Origin: Squalus acanthias
Lineage: Eukaryota
Assembly (NCBI GenBank): GCA_030390025.1
Contig: CM059438.1
Location: forward strand, 69,690,001-69,754,000
Length of the DNA stretch: 64,000 nucleotides
Direction of reading: 5' to 3'
Part shown: positions 1 through 14,401 of the stretch, one piece after another
Position numbering within the stretch: position 1 is the stretch's first letter
Layout: every line of letters starts with the position of its first letter
The notes under the pieces: generated by a model
Databases searched by the model: none
Seen by the model: only the letters and a program-made list of their open reading frames with translations
What the model was told of the DNA's origin: nothing
Program-made: the position numbers and the translations under genes

Positions 1-1699
1 TCACGATTCCCAACCCCCCACCCCTTATTCTGCTCCAACACTCGCTCCCGCTACTTGCCTGAAGGTTTCTGCCGGCAAGATAGGCAGCCCAAAATTGAAG
101 TCTTCCCTCGGGCAAGCTGCCTGTGGAGGGGCAACCAGCACCGGCAGCTCAGAGTTTGTTGATGAGGCCTGAGGACCAATTTTTATCGATCCTCGGGCCT
201 CTTAGTTTGGGTGCACGTTGCTCGCGCAGCACCGAGACTGAGCCAGAAAACGTGTCCAGACTCATTTCTACCCAATAACGTGCCAGTGATTCAAACAACT
301 GTTTTTGCAATCTTAGTATCTCTCAAATGTGCTCAAATACTGTTTGTCAAAAGATCGATAGATTTTTCTTTGTACAGGTTGGCCATTTTTTAAACAAGAA
401 TGTTTAGCTTCCACCAGAGAAATCCCATTAAATCTGGATACAGCATACCAGCATATAAATTGTTGCACTTCCTTTTTTGTGGCCATTTTGGTAAAACAAA
501 ATTGTAGGTCATGTACCCTTTTTAAGTCATCAACTTAAAGGGCATACGGATGTCCTCTGCAAGTGTAAATTCCTTAACTTACTGAGGAGGCAGAGAGTGT
601 CCTTTCTGCACTGTCACCTCATTCTTACCTCCCCCACCCTCCAATAAAAGATCAAATGGATCCACTTGATAGAAATCAAGCGAGATACAGGCCATGTTCT
701 TGATTCACCTTCAGTGTCAGCATTATATTATGGGCCTCTATCTCAGAGTGCAGATAAAAGGGCTTCACAACATTTCAAGCCATCATCAGGGATTACATTA
801 AATTACATCACCGTTGCCCTGTGTCACCTGATTGAGTATAGTTCGCTCAACAACCACTTAAAGTTGGACTTTTGAAATCTACCCAATTGCAGAATTTGAG
901 GATTGGAAATATCTTCTATTTATTCTAATTACACCGACAAATTGGGAGCATTTCCAGCAGGTCTGTTTAATCTCAGCAGAATGCTGTTCTATTTCAGGAG
1001 CTGGTTTCAATGCATGATGTGCCTGTGCAATCTGTCCAATTAATTATAGGTTCCAAAGGTCACTTTAAAATTTATACCGTGTCTGCTTTTTTTCTTCTCT
1101 TAAAGCTGTCCCGCTGCTGCTTCCTGCTGTCTTTCTTTGTCCAGGAGGGGAGGTACAATCTAGTCCCAACTCTTGCTCATTGCAACCTCATTCCGTGTGC
1201 CCCCCCTGCCCCCCGCTCCATCCTGGTTATTAATGATGCCACACTGTCACAACTGGCGGGTGATCAGCCTCTTAGGGGTGCCAGGTTTTTCTTAGTCCCT
1301 GGAATGACATTGTACGTTGTTACGCCGTAGTCTGTCCAGCAGCTGGGCTTGGAACTTGAAAACCTCATGAAGAGCGTACAATTGGAACGTTAGCTGACTG
1401 AGCTCCTTGAGCTGTTAAGCTGCCCTTAACTTTTTCCCCCCAGTTGCATTCAGTGCCTTCAATGTTAATTACATTTATTGTAAATCTTTGATTCCTTAAT
1501 AACAGAAGTACGAAGATAGACCATTGAGTGAGAATTCAGAAGCTGACGGTGATTAGATCAGCATTTCTAGCCAAGAAGGCATGCAGTGTATCATATTTTT
1601 TTAATTGAGAAGCTCACTGAAGGCCAAGGCTCATTAAACAGGATTCCATTAAAGGAATAGGGCAAAAAAATGATGTACATCAAGAAGTTATTGAACAGT

Positions 1700-1940
1700 T
1701 GAACTCCTTGCTCCTCTTTCAAAAGGTGCCAAGGAATCTTTTCTCTCCACCAAAACAGGCAGACAGGGCCTTACAGTTTTACATTACATTCGCAAGATGA
1801 TGCCTCCTATAAGGCAGCATTCCCTCAGTACTTCACTTGGTGTCAGCCTAGATTACATGCTCAAATCCTGGAATGAGGCTTAAATCCACAACCTTCTCAC
1901 TGAGGTGAGAGGTCTATCAACTGATCCAAGCTAACACTAA
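1700..1940 (-). mobile_element. Decayed DeuSINE fragment
   Basis: Reverse-complement similarity to the head and core of the SINE at 55485-55937. Confidence 0.55.
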
Positions 1941-2119
1941 TATAAAAAGGTTGTGGGGAAAAAGCTCCGAAAGATATATAAATTCAGTGCAGGCAAAAGG
2001 ATTTTAATAGCCTTCTCCTGTGCTAAAATTTATATGTTTCTTAAATAAAACTCTTTCATTTCCAGTCTGCCATTCCACTCGAAGGTCATTGACTTCATCA
2101 TAACCACTGAACCAGAAAC

Positions 2120-2460
2120 ACATGTTCCCGCTTGAAGGCCTTGAATCTTCCCACCGCACTGAGACGGCAATGGTCAAAGTCTTGTTTGACATCCTGTCTG
2201 ACTATACCTCACTGTCCATCCTTATCCACCTCAATCTGGTGGCTGCCTTTGATGTTGCTGAACATTCCAATCTCCTCTATTGCCTCTTTTCTACAGTCTG
2301 TCTTTGTGACATCTTATCTTACAGTTCCACTCCCAGCCATCCATCCCGGTGCAGCCACTACATCCCTCTAGCAATTTCTCAGGGGTGCCTTAGGCTCCAA
2401 CCTTGGTTCTCTATTATTCATCATTCATACTGGTACCTCTCAGACACATTATCTGCAAGT
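2120..2460 (+). mobile_element. Old L2 LINE reverse-transcriptase fragment
   Basis: SHRTETAMVKV...LNLVAAFDV resembles the L2 RT motifs HSTETALxKV and LDLSAAFDTV; frameshifted. Confidence 0.6.
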
Positions 2461-2875
2461 ACAACAACAACTTGTATTTATATAGCGCCTTTAAGGTAGT
2501 AAAACATCCCAAGGCGCTTCACAGGAGTGTTATCAGACAAAATTTGACACTGGGCCACATAAGAAGAAATTAGGGCAGATGACCAAAAGCTTGGTCAAAG
2601 ACGTAGGTTTTAAAGAGCATCTTAAAGGAGGAAAGAGAGGTAGAGAGGCAGAGGGGTTTAGGGAGGGAGTTCCAGAGCTTAGGGCCTAGGTAGCTGAAGG
2701 CACGGCCACCGAAGGTTGAACGATTATAATTAGGGATGCTCAAGAGGGCAGAATTTGAGGAGCGCAGATATCTCTTGGGGCGGGGTGGTTGTGGGGCTGA
2801 AGGAGATTAGAGATAGGGTGGGGCAAGGCCATGGAATGATTTGAAAACAAGGATGAGAATTTTGAGAATTCATGA
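2461..2875 (-). mobile_element. L2 LINE 3' fragment
   Basis: Begins acaacaacaacttgtatttatatagcgcc (L2 3' end, reversed); homologous to 25395-25870. Confidence 0.75.
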
Positions 2876-4688
2876 AAACGTGCCTACTTTGCACAGGGGC
2901 ACCCAATACATCCAACCCTAACTCTCTTATCACTGCCATTAATTCCAAGGCTGATGCTGTACTATTTGACTTCAAATCTGACATTAGACCTGATAAGTTC
3001 AAATTTCTTTTAGCTCGAGATGGACAGAAGCCAAGCCACCCTTTTCAATTCCCTCTCCAATTCCATCACCCTCCTTGGCTGTCTGTTAAGGCTGAAAAAG
3101 GTGGTGTGCAACCTTGGGTTCCTGTTTAACCCTGACCTGAGCTTTGATGCCCTTCACACTTGAATGGTCTGCTGACCCTTGCTGTCTCGAATGGCTGCTT
3201 GAGTCAGGTACTGGAGAACTGCAAGAGTCAATGCCTTAAGGTTGGAGAGTATGTTAGACAAGATGAGGAAAAAAGTTGTTCTGCATTTTGTGCCGAACAG
3301 TGAATGGAGGATTGAGGAGGCTGCAAAGGAAGTGTTTAGGTTTTGTTCCCCATCAATGTGAAATGCGTTTGGGAATTTTTTTGTTTGTTTTCTTGTGAGA
3401 TCAAATCCAAGATCCTTTTGGAAACTCTGAAAAGAATGAAGCAGCTGCTTTTGTCCAAAAAAGAATGGAGGAAGTCCAGTCAAGTACAAGTACATTATGA
3501 TCAGATTGAAAGTTGTGTCAGCCATTCCAAATTGGTTCCTTGGTCCTCTTGCACCGTATTTTGAGGCTGATATGTTAGCTGTCCAGCCAGATCCAGAACT
3601 CATTTTGCAGAGCTCAGTATCTTTACTGGAAGCTACAGAATGAATTGTTCCTTTCAAAGTGGCCACCACAAACCACTCAATGATTGCAGCCTTGGAAACC
3701 CTCACTGACATTTTTTTCCTCTTTCTCACTGTATAGACACAGTAATGGATCAAATTCACTTGTACATATTAGAAAACTTACATTTGAGTAATAGGTGTCA
3801 TTTTGCAGCACTACAAAATGTTTTCCATCTCTTAGCTGTGATGCATTCTGTAGCTACATTGCCAACCCCCCTTTGTATAGTTCAATCATTTTTATGTTGT
3901 ACTCTGGGTACTAGGCCATAAGATTTCACTTAGTATTGTTCACCAGAACAGAATTACTTTTCAAAAAATAGCACTGTTCTGAGCTATTATGTAATTTGAT
4001 GTAGAAAATTTGATTTTTCTGTTAGGGTAACATTGGGATTTTTTTTTGTTGGAAACTGAAAGTAAATAGTATTTTCCCTCCAAGTTGTAATTATTTTCAG
4101 CCTGCAGGGACTGAGGCTACACTGCCAGCCATTTGGAAATATGAAAACACCTCACCCTGACACTGAAATAATTTTCTTTTCAATATCTGTGGTGTAATTC
4201 CCCTGTGGTTCACCAGTTACAATGATTTCAAACTAAACATAGTGCTTTCATCTCAGAAGCTGATGTTGACTAGTCACTGCATATTTTTGCTTTTATATTT
4301 TTTTATTTTGCCGATTGAAAATCTCATAACAACGGTAGTTTTATTGCTCACGTGATATCAGTGGAGCTATTATGAGTAAAGTTTCAGAAAATCAATGAGT
4401 AGGAGGAAGAAAGTATACAAAAAGATTTAGAGACCCATTTATTTTCTGCTCTTTTCTGACCTTGAGATAACTTGGAGAGGTGTTTGTATAACTAGGGGAG
4501 GAGCCAAGCAACTGGTAATCTTGAGAAATTTGCAACAAGCAATAATTAGCCTCTGATTGACCCTAGAATGCATTTAGACCATTTCCCTGAGTTGCAAGAG
4601 CATTAGGCACAAGCAGCAGTGTACGGCTGGATAAATGCAGACAGATAGGCTGGACTGAGGCATTGGAGGGATTTGTAAACAAAGACAA

Positions 4689-5620
4689 GGTCTGCAATTT
4701 CCCCTACCTCGGCGGGCCCGGTGCGGCCGGGGTCGGTGGTGGGTCCCGGTCTCACTGCTGGCTCCAGACCGCTGTCCAAAGTGATTTTACGTTGATTGGG
4801 CTTGATAAGCCCGCCCAGCATGTTTCCCGGCCAACTGAAGGAAGCGGGTCTGATGATGTTAATTGATGACGCGTCATCAGCCGGTTTCCTTAAAGGGACC
4901 ATGCGTAAATTGATTTTGACAGTTGTGCTGTCAGTGTTCTACAGCATTGAGGTGCTGCAAACACAGAGAAGCACTGCATAGAGGTGCAGGGCTGCACCCA
5001 GGCCCTCCCATGACTCCCTCCATATGCTTATGGAAGGAGTCACAGCATGCAGGGAGGTTCTCTTCCCTTCCAATGGGCGGAAGAGACCTCCCCAGGAGAT
5101 TAACGCAGCCTGGTTGTACATTGCACAGGAGAGCACAAGCAGGGATGTTGTCAGGAGGACCAGGCTGCAGTGGCGCAAACCTTTCAATGATCTCAGTAGA
5201 TCACGAAATGTTACTGCAAAGCCACAGTCAACCTCATCCTGCTGTGCCACTCATCACATCCCCATAAGTCTGCCTTCCCTACCCTACTCCTGCACATCCT
5301 TACTCACACCAACTTACCTTGCACCTCCACCCATCCCTCTCGATCTACATTATCACTTTCCCATCTCACTAGCTACCCCTCACACTTGTCCTCATCCTAA
5401 TCCAATCATACCAACTAACAACACACAAGGGTAGGCACTTATGTGTTTTAGCCAATGTTCATGTAAAATTTCTGTTAATGTGGTGTCAAACATTGAAACC
5501 TTTATTTTCAACACTTTGCGTTCTTGGACAAATTTGTGTGCATCTTTGTAAGTGGCTTAGTGAGTTGCAGTGAATGGTGAGACATAACGTTACCCCCCCG
5601 CAAACCTGCAGCCTGACAAG
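4689..5620 (+). mobile_element. PIF/Harbinger-derived element with Myb/SANT-like gene remnant
   Basis: About 4990-5200 encodes LMEGVTACREVLFP...AWLYIAQE...RRTRLQWRKPFNDL (Myb/SANT-like). The left end is homologous to the right end of the element at 33749-34607. Right boundary uncertain. Confidence 0.7.
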
Positions 5621-5782
5621 TTACTACCCGGAGAAAATGGGTTTGCCTTGAACCATGCAAGTAGTGGCTAAAACTGCATACAATCTGGCCAAATAGAGAT
5701 TTCTGACAAACCGCAGTTGGCGTGGATGTGGGAACCAGCAGAGTTTGAACCACTGTATGCAGTAACATAAGCATGGTCCTTT

Positions 5783-5972
5783 CTCAGTTGTTGAGTATAT
5801 TCAAGGCAGAGATCGATAGATTTTTGGATATTAAGGGAATCAAGGAATATGGGGATAGTGCAGTAAAGTGGAGTTGAGGCAGAAGATCAGCCACAATCTT
5901 ATTGAATGGCGACGCAGGCTCGAGGGGCCGAATGGCCTACTCCTGCTCCTATTTCTTATGGTCTTATGTTCT
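5783..5972 (+). mobile_element. CR1 LINE 3' tail
   Basis: Ends ggccgaatggcctactcctgctcctatttcttatg; same tail as 19440-19614 and 37500-37640. Confidence 0.75.
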
Positions 5973-8900
5973 TCAATTTTGAAGACCTGACTAACAACAG
6001 TCCGGCCATATGTAAATGGCTCGACTGAGACACATTACGAATGATCCCTCTCAAAGAGAAGACTTGAAGGTTTAGGCCTTGTGCTAAATAAAGTTGGTGT
6101 GATGTGTGAATATTCTAATATTACCAGTGTTGCTGAATTGAACAGAAACAAGTCGCACAAAATAACCTTCTTGGCTTTAATTGCATTCAACAGTGCCAAC
6201 AATTATAATGCACTGCGGAGAGAAATGACTACTGTTTCTTCTCAAACTGTGATCATATTAACAAAAGAATTCTAAATAATTTGCTTAAGTTCTGTCATTA
6301 AATACTTAAATGTCAGTTAACTGCTACATACTGGGGACATGTTATGAGGTATCATGAGTTGATAAAATTTCCCACTATTCCATTGCTTGATAATGAGATT
6401 TGGTCTTGCTCAGTGAAGGTAGCTGCTTTTCTCTCTGAATATGCACACTTTGTACCCAATAAAGGTCACAATAATAAAGTATTATTTTACCTAATGCAAT
6501 TGGTGGTTAAAATCAAATTGTTGTCAAATTGTGCAGGATTTTAAGGAAGTACGAATCAGTGTTGTCACTAGGATTTCAGTCCAGTGTAATGGTGGGTGTG
6601 TGATATTTCCATAACATGTCTAGATTTTACCCATACATACTTGGGCTATGTTTGGCGTGAGTATTTTGAACTATGTAACAACAGTGTGGAACACTGGTGA
6701 TGATATACCCGGCCATTAATGGTGAGAGTTATTTGAGATGATGAATTGACACTATCGAACAACATTTATTGGGTTATATGCAAATTTTTTCTTTTTTGAG
6801 ACCAATACACTATAAATAAGCCTGGCAATAGGTTGATAATGCTATCAATGTGATTGATCTGGTACTACAGTACTAGTTTTGAACAGCAGATGAGAAATAA
6901 CAATGAGAGTTTGGTGGTTCTGTTACTGAATTCTGCCCAGATGATTTTTTTACATTTGTTTCACTACATTACTGTCTAGCATTTTGGTGTCTTTGAGGAA
7001 TCTGAAACCATCAAAGGTAAAACTGTGTTGTATTTCACTCTATTGTACTCTACCTCAGTCTCTGTCTCCAATGCCTCGGTGCTGTCTCGCTTTTCTTTCT
7101 CTTACATAGTGCTGTGTCTGGCCTGTGTCCAATTTGTTATTATGTTACCAGAACGAAAAAAAAGTAACTTCTATTTTAAACTTTCATCAAATCCAGTCTT
7201 TGCCAGCTTTGACATACACTGAAAATGTATGCAGAGTCAATAAACCACTGGGATCTAGAAGTGTGGATCGAATTTACAGGTATCCTGCCTCATACGCCCG
7301 CATGCCACCACATATGTGGGCAAATGGCACTGCATAGCAGGCAATTTAAATATTCCATGTTTCACCAAGATTCTGTTCTTTTGTAAGTAGTCAAGCTGAA
7401 GTTTTTATATTCATACTTTTATCATAGTTTGATAATTTGAAGTGACCTTCCTCCCACTTTTTTTCCCCTTGAATTGTATTTAAGCACTTCTTCTACAATG
7501 TGAAAACAGTAAACACCTGTGGGACTTCTTGGGTTAAATTTTCCAGTTCATGCGCCTGGACATATTGGATGGTCTGCGCGCTATTACTAAATCAGGCGGC
7601 GAGGGTCTGTACGCTGGCATCTAAATACACCCAGGGGCATAAACAGCAAAAGTTGCCCCATGATTTCCTCTTGCTTCACAACAGATTATCTGTCTTTATG
7701 TCCACAGTAGTGATACCACAAACACCTTCAATTTCCATCTGGCATTGTACCCCTAGATCCGTATTGTTCAAAAGTAACATATGTAGCAAGGGGTCACATG
7801 TGTTAGACAAGGGTTAAAGACATTAGCCAAGCTCAAGGTTTACCTCATAAATCAACAAGCGTTTAAGTACATTTTTTGAAAGTGAAACTTTGAAAAGCAT
7901 AGAGAAAAAGCACACAGTCATATTCCCAGTACACTCATCCCTCTCTTGGCCATCATCATTGATGACGACGTGGGGAGTGGGGGGAGAGGGCATATAGGAA
8001 CTAGGACAGTTACTGTCTTTAAAAAAATGTCTAGAGCTTTCTACCTCAGCAAATATAACATAAGTAGAAAAAGATAGAAAGCTGTAAATTATAAACTGCA
8101 CATCCAACAAACTAATCGAGAAAAGGAACAACCATGATGCCGTTCCCATGGTGTCCAGGATGAGATGGTGTAAGTAAGGAGATACACTAGATGGTGGAGA
8201 TATTTTAGAGGGATAAGTGGCGTATATCCTGTGTAAAACTTGTAGAAAGTATACTGTTAAGAATGGATGTGCTAATGAGCTCTACTAACTTGAATGTAAA
8301 CCAGGGTAGAGAGAAGGGTATTGAGGTAATTTCTGTCATGTTATGATGCTAGACTTGGAGCATCATTGGAAATAAAACCAGGAAATGTTGAAAATACACA
8401 ACAGGTTCAAAGCGTGTGGAAAGAGAAATGATGGGTTAAAGATGCTCCTCAGAACTCTGTTAAGTTGCAATGAAGAGTCCACAGAGAGTGTTGGATCTGC
8501 TCTTTCCAGCATTTCATGTTTTTATTACATATTTCCATTATTTGCAGACTTTTTTCTGTATCTCGGGAGTATAGTTAGCTCCATTGACCAAAAGGGCAAT
8601 TTACACTATTGCATAATTATGTAATCGTGTGTTAGTATAATAGTCCTATATTTATCCTATAATATGATAGTCAGGTGAAGCACTTCCTGCAGATTGAATA
8701 AAAAATGAGGCATGGCACTGCTTTTAAAGGGGTGTTGCCAAGACAAAGTGTATTGAATTGTACAATATATTTTCAGTGTTACCAATCACATCTGTCACTG
8801 CAAATATACTGTTTAGTTTAACAAGAACTAACCCTGCGGCCTGTCTAAATTGCCTCAACTTGTAAGCACCTCCCTGATAACTATGTATATTGTATTAAAC

Positions 8901-9379
8901 AGCAGTCACATAGAGGAGCATTACAAGGCTGTAATCTGATGTTGGATCATAGATGGCATTCAGAAACCACTCAAAGCTTTTTGTCCTGTTTTATGATATG
9001 TTCTGAACCACTTGATTGGATCCCAGCCTTGCCATTCCTCTCTGCAGGTCCGTTGTTCTCTGTTTAATGCACTGGCTTCAGATTGCCGAATGCGCTTTAT
9101 GTTTCTGACAGTGTAATGGCTGGTGATGCATTAATTTCATTAATGACAATCCATCTCATGTTTCCACTGTCTGGTGCTAACAGCTTATTATTTTGAAGCG
9201 TTAAGTCAGAAGCTCCCAACAAAATTGGGAGCAAAGCAGATCAGAAAATGTTATTTTTATGCTTCAAACGATTTCACCACTGTCTAATCTGTTTATCTGT
9301 TTTTCATTTTGTTACTCTTTTTATATACTGCCAGGAATGAGAAACTATAGTTATGCATTTGTGATACGAGGATATTTCC

Positions 9380-9760
9380 ACTGCAGCAGAGAAGACGAAG
9401 AGAAGATTTAATAGAGTTTTTTTTAAATTATGAACGGTTTTGATAGAGTGGACGGGGAAAGATTATTTCCTCTGGTTGGGGAGTCAGTGGCAAGGAGTCA
9501 TCAATTTAAAATTTCACTAACCGAGTGAGGATAGAGGTTAGGAAGAATTTCTTTATGCAGTGCGTTTTAAGCATGGAATACTTTGCCAAAGGGATTGGTT
9601 AATGCAGAAACCATTGCATCTTTTAAGGAAAAAGAGAGTAAATATTTGAAGCAGGTCATTGGGGAGAGAGCAAGGAAATTATAATTAGTTTCGGACTGCA
9701 CTAGCAAAGAGTCAGTATAGACACACTGAGCCAAATGGCCTCCTTTGTGCTGTAAGCTAT
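9380..9760 (+). mobile_element. Old CR1 3' fragment
   Basis: Degenerate ORF2 end (QRRRREDLIE-like) followed by a ccaaatggcctcct tail. Confidence 0.65.
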
Positions 9761-10452
9761 TGTTGTATCGTGGCAGTTTCTGAGAGCTACCTTATGATTG
9801 TGTTTGCCCCTCTTATGAGAAAACTTCTTGCCTCCACTTGGCACCTTCTGTAATCCCACAGCTGAGCTTGGGAATCTGCCACATAGGAAATAGTTCTATA
9901 CTCTGTGACACAGGACATTAGAGTGCAGGATGCATACAAGGCACCATATCCTCCGCTTTGCTATTTTCACCAATATTTTTGAAGTCCTCACTCTTCCATA
10001 ACCAAAGGTGGGCAAGCAACCTATTCCCCAGCATTAGATAATACTGCTCTTGAAGTGACCACGATCAGGATCATGAGAGAAGCCTGGGATGTATTGCAAT
10101 CTGACTTTCTCTCTGTTCTCAGCAGTGAGCAACTTGTAGTCATTCAACATCTTTCCCATGATTCTGGCAAGAATGGGAAGCTTCCATTTTGGGACTCACT
10201 GGTCCATGATGTTATGGGATTTGCGTGCTTTGCTATTTTCTGCTTCTATCCATCTTTGTCTCATCATTGGCTCTGAATTGCTTTGGGACGTCCTGATGAC
10301 ATGGAAGGTACTACATAAATGCAAATTTATCGTCTTTCACTGTTTTTCAATACTATGAAATGGCAAATTCTGAACACAGCAATAAAAAGCTAATAATCAG
10401 GCACCTTTTGAATCAAAATTGATCTAAACTGGTTTAGATTACACTAGTCAAT

Positions 10453-10778
10453 CTCCGATGGACGGGTCACATCGTCCACATGCCCGATGTGAGACTCTCA
10501 AAACAAGCGCTCTACTTGAAGCTCCGGCATGGCAAGAGAGCCCCAGGTGGGCAGAGGAAACGCTTCAAGGACACCCTCAAAGCCTCCTTGAAAAAGTGCA
10601 ACATCCCCACCGACACCTGGAAATCCCTGGCCCAAGACCGGACAAAGTGGAGGAGAAGCATCGGGGAAGGCGCCAAACACCTCGAGTCTCTTCGCCGGGA
10701 GCAAGCGCAAGGAGCACACGTCAACCCAAACACCCCACCCACCCGCCCCACCTGTGACAGAGACTGTAGGTCCCGCAT
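10453..10778 (+). mobile_element. RTE-clade LINE 3' fragment
   Basis: KQALYLKLRHGKRAPGGQRKRFKDTLKASLK; near-identical to 28217-28812 but internally deleted and 3' truncated. Confidence 0.85.
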
Positions 10779-10834
10779 AAAATAATTCAATGACCTTGTG
10801 ATTTTTTTTTTGATAGGAAAATTGAACAGATATT

Positions 10835-11596
10835 GGCCCAGAAATTAAACATCGATGGTTCCCGCGGGGGTAAGGATTCCCCGCGATATCGCACTCTGCG
10901 CCTACCTTTTTGTTTCGGGCCCACACAAACTTCAGTTTCAGGGCCTCTCCCTGTTGCCAGCGTGCAGTGCTTGCGTGTCCCAGAGGCGCAATTAGTTCGT
11001 GCGAGCTCTGGGATCACGTGATTCAGTTAGAGCCAATGGCAGCACACCATCTTTCATTCATAGTTTTGACAGCAAGGGCTGTCAAAGCTATGAATACTGC
11101 AAGCCCCCAAAAGAACAGCTAAACCTCAATTAAATAAAAAAAAAGCCATCACATTAATAAAATAACTATAGTTAAATAAATTAACCACTATAAACAAAAA
11201 ATAAAATTTTTGAAAAAATTTAAAATCTTTTTAAAAGTTATAAAAATAAACTTACCTTTCTTTAAAGTCTCTAAAAAGATAAACCTGTTGAAAAAAATTT
11301 AAAATAACACTTAATTAACTACTTACCTTGTTAAAAGGGGGTCCTACGCCTGCTTTCTTTATGTGTAAAATCTTCACCACTTACCTGCGCGTTCAAACCT
11401 GAAAAAAAAACTAAGTGCACTGCGTGCGCGCAGCCTGTAGCGCGCACGCGGTTCACTTAGGAACCGCCCCCTTTGCAATACATGAAGTGCCGGTTTCCCG
11501 CGCATGCGCAGTGCATGCAGGAAACCGGCAATTCTGGAACTAATACGCGAGAGTACACAGTGCGTACTCTCGCGTATTAGGTCTAATTTTCGGGCC
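10835..11596. mobile_element. Non-autonomous Harbinger-type element
   Basis: TIRs ggcccagaaatta / taattttcgggcc; perfect 3-bp TSD ATT (10832-34, 11597-99); GC-rich ends and AT-rich core. Confidence 0.75.
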
Positions 11597-12417
11597 ATTG
11601 TGAATAACTGCACTGAGGCTTGTGCAGTCCTCCCCAGTGTTATTATCCAGGATCTGTCATCAGTTTGGGTGATATTTCTGTGCATTGTTGAGCATATCAA
11701 AAATGACTGGAGGACCTGAGCAAAATGATTCTGTAAACCAAATAACACTGATCCTCTGATACAGTTGAAGTTATTAGCTGTGGTAAAAATGGTCACACTA
11801 ATTTGATACTGCACTTCTAACATGCGTCTCAGGATACCTTTTTGATGTACTGAGAGGAAAAAAGAAAACTGTAGAGTCATTTGAACTGGGTAATGATGAT
11901 GATAAACGTATTAATGGAGTTGAAGAAAGTCAAAGGAAGGACATTTGCACAGCTTGCTAGGCTAGAGAACAAGGTACAAGTTATTACTGTGAGCAATTGA
12001 ATGCAAATCGAGCTAAAATATACACGTGGAGCCATTGTTTGAGGCAAGTTGCACACAGTAGATGAAAATGAAGTTTCTGATGTTGAGACAATACTGCAGC
12101 AAGGAAGAGTTAATGGCAAAGAAACTAACATAATGATTAACTCCCAAACAAAGCAGTTGTTTTACTGGTCCGACTCACCAAAAGCTGCGGACTAGCCCTT
12201 CCTTGGTTAGTTAGTGGAATTTTCCAGGCCTGCCAATATTATTGCCTTCAACAGGCCTGTTGCATGTGATGGGAAATAGTTGTGAATTCTGCCACAGTGC
12301 AATGTGAAGATGCTTTGTGCAAACACAACCTGGATGAAGGGTTTTTCTCTCCTGTTGCCAATTCCCCCTCCAAAACTGCACAATCACAAGCTTGTGCCTT
12401 ATCTGACAAGAACACCT

Positions 12418-12770
12418 TAACAAGCTAGGGCTCTTCAGCCTGGAAAAGAGATGATTCAGAGGGATTTAATATAGAGGGATTGAAGATATTTAATGGGATA
12501 GAGAAAACAAAAAGAAACAATACTTTTGGAGCAGGAAAGAGAGCGCAAGCTCAGGGCTATCAAGGGCAATTTTAGGATAGAGACAAGGAAGCAATTCTTT
12601 ACACAGAGGGTGAAAACAGCGAGAACGAGCTGCCTAGAAGGGTGGATGAGGCTAGGACATTGGACTTATTTAAGAAACAGCTAGATGCTGTAATGGGAAG
12701 ATGGTAGAGCTGGTATTCTGCAAGGATGAGATCAAATGGATTAAAGGGCTTAATTCGTGTGAATATTTTG
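12418..12770 (+). mobile_element. Old CR1 3' fragment
   Basis: KLGLFSLEKR-like ORF2 end and degenerate 3' UTR. Confidence 0.6.
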
Positions 12771-13500
12771 CCATGTCCTTTAAGAACCAAATATCATAAT
12801 GAGAGCATTAGTGGAATGATTGGATTTTACTAATATATAATAACATACAGAAGAATCTCGATCACTTAAGTATTATTAAGTAGTATAGGATATAATTACA
12901 GTAATACAAGAATGGAATTCTCGATGTAATTAGGTGATATATAATTCTTCTTAAATATATTAGTTAATCAGTGAAATGTAATTTATTTCAAGGTTGTATT
13001 ATATTTCTTTCTTACCTTGTTTCTATTTTACTGTGCTTAAAGTATAAAATCGGGATGACTTAGACCGCAGCTCAGGAAATCTGATGCTTGAATCTTAAAG
13101 CTGAACTGCTGTGTCTCATTGTGCTGTTAAATGGAGCCTTATAACGTTGGATTGGTCTATTTGTGAATTTTTTTCTCTCGTTATTTTGGAGGTTCCCAGC
13201 TTAATTTATAAGTCTTCCTCAAGACTGATTTTTGTGCTGGAAATTTCCATAAAATATACTGTTAGACAGCAGTATGGATTTCACAATGGGATTTCCACTC
13301 TTTATAATAGGTTAGAGGAGGAGGAACAGCAGAGAAACCAAAGCCTTTCAAGGTAGCACTCCAGGAGATCCTGACCCTCTGCAGATGCCCAGCAAACAGG
13401 ATGCATAGACCCAGAAAATCTTTTTGATTTTATTCCTGACATTTTATGTAAGGAGGCTGCGGTTCTCCCAGAAGTCCCAGAGGAGATTTATGCCTTCCTA

Positions 13501-14401
13501 CAGATGACACAAAACTTGGAAGTACAGTGAACAGTGAGGAGGAGAGTGATAGACTTCAGGAAGACATAGACAGGCTGGTGAAATGGGCGGACACGTGGCA
13601 GATGAATTTAACGCAGAAAAGTGCGAAGTGATACATTTTGGTAGAAAGAATGAGGAGAGGACATATAAACCAAATGGTACAATCCTAAAGTGGGTGCATG
13701 AACAGAGAGACCGAGGGATATGTGTGCACAAATCGTTGAAGGTGGCAGGACAGGTTGAGAAAGCAGTTAAAAAGGCTTACGGGATCCTGGGCTTCATAAA
13801 TAGAGGTATCGAGTACAAAAGTGTGGAAGTTATGATAAACCTGTATAAAACACTGGTTCGGCCCCTAACTGGAGTACTGTGTCAATTCTGAGCACCACAC
13901 TATAGGAAGGATGTGAAGGCCTTAGAGAAGGTGCAGAAAAGATTTATGAGAATGATTCCAGGAATGAGGGACTTCAGTGACGTTGATAGACTGGAGAAGC
14001 TGGGGTTGTTCTCCTTGGAGCAGAGAAGATTGAGAGGAGATTTGATAGAGGTGTTCAAAATCATGAGGGGTCTGGACAGAGTAAATAGAGAGAAACTGTT
14101 CCCATTGGCAGAAGGGTCGAGAACCAGAGGACACAGATTTAAGGTGATTGGCAAAAGAACCATAGGCCACGTAAGAAAAAACTTTTTTACGCAGCGAGTG
14201 GTTAAGATCTGGAATGCACTGCCTGAAAGGGTGGTGGAGGCAGACTCAATCTTATCTTTCAAAAGGGAGTTGGATAAGTATCTGAAGGAAAAAAATTGCA
14301 GGGCTATGGGGAAAGGGCGGGGGAGTGGGACTAGCTGAGAGTCGGCAGGGGCTCAACGGGTCAAATGGCCGCCTTCCGTGCTGCAACCATTCTATGATTC
14401 T
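13501..14401 (+). mobile_element. CR1 LINE, 5'-truncated, inserted in the Harbinger transposase
   Basis: ORF2 C-terminus (LEKVQKRFMRMIPG...RRLRGDLIEVFKI), ccattctatgattcta tail, candidate TSD CTACAG (13498-13503, 14400-14405). Confidence 0.9.

Noticed and set aside
3154..3759. 201-aa minus-strand ORF
   Set aside because: No recognisable domain or splice context; probably chance or unrecognised decayed TE.
8365..8530. Degenerate inverted repeat resembling Penelope 3' ends
   Set aside because: Too diverged to define boundaries or a ribozyme core.
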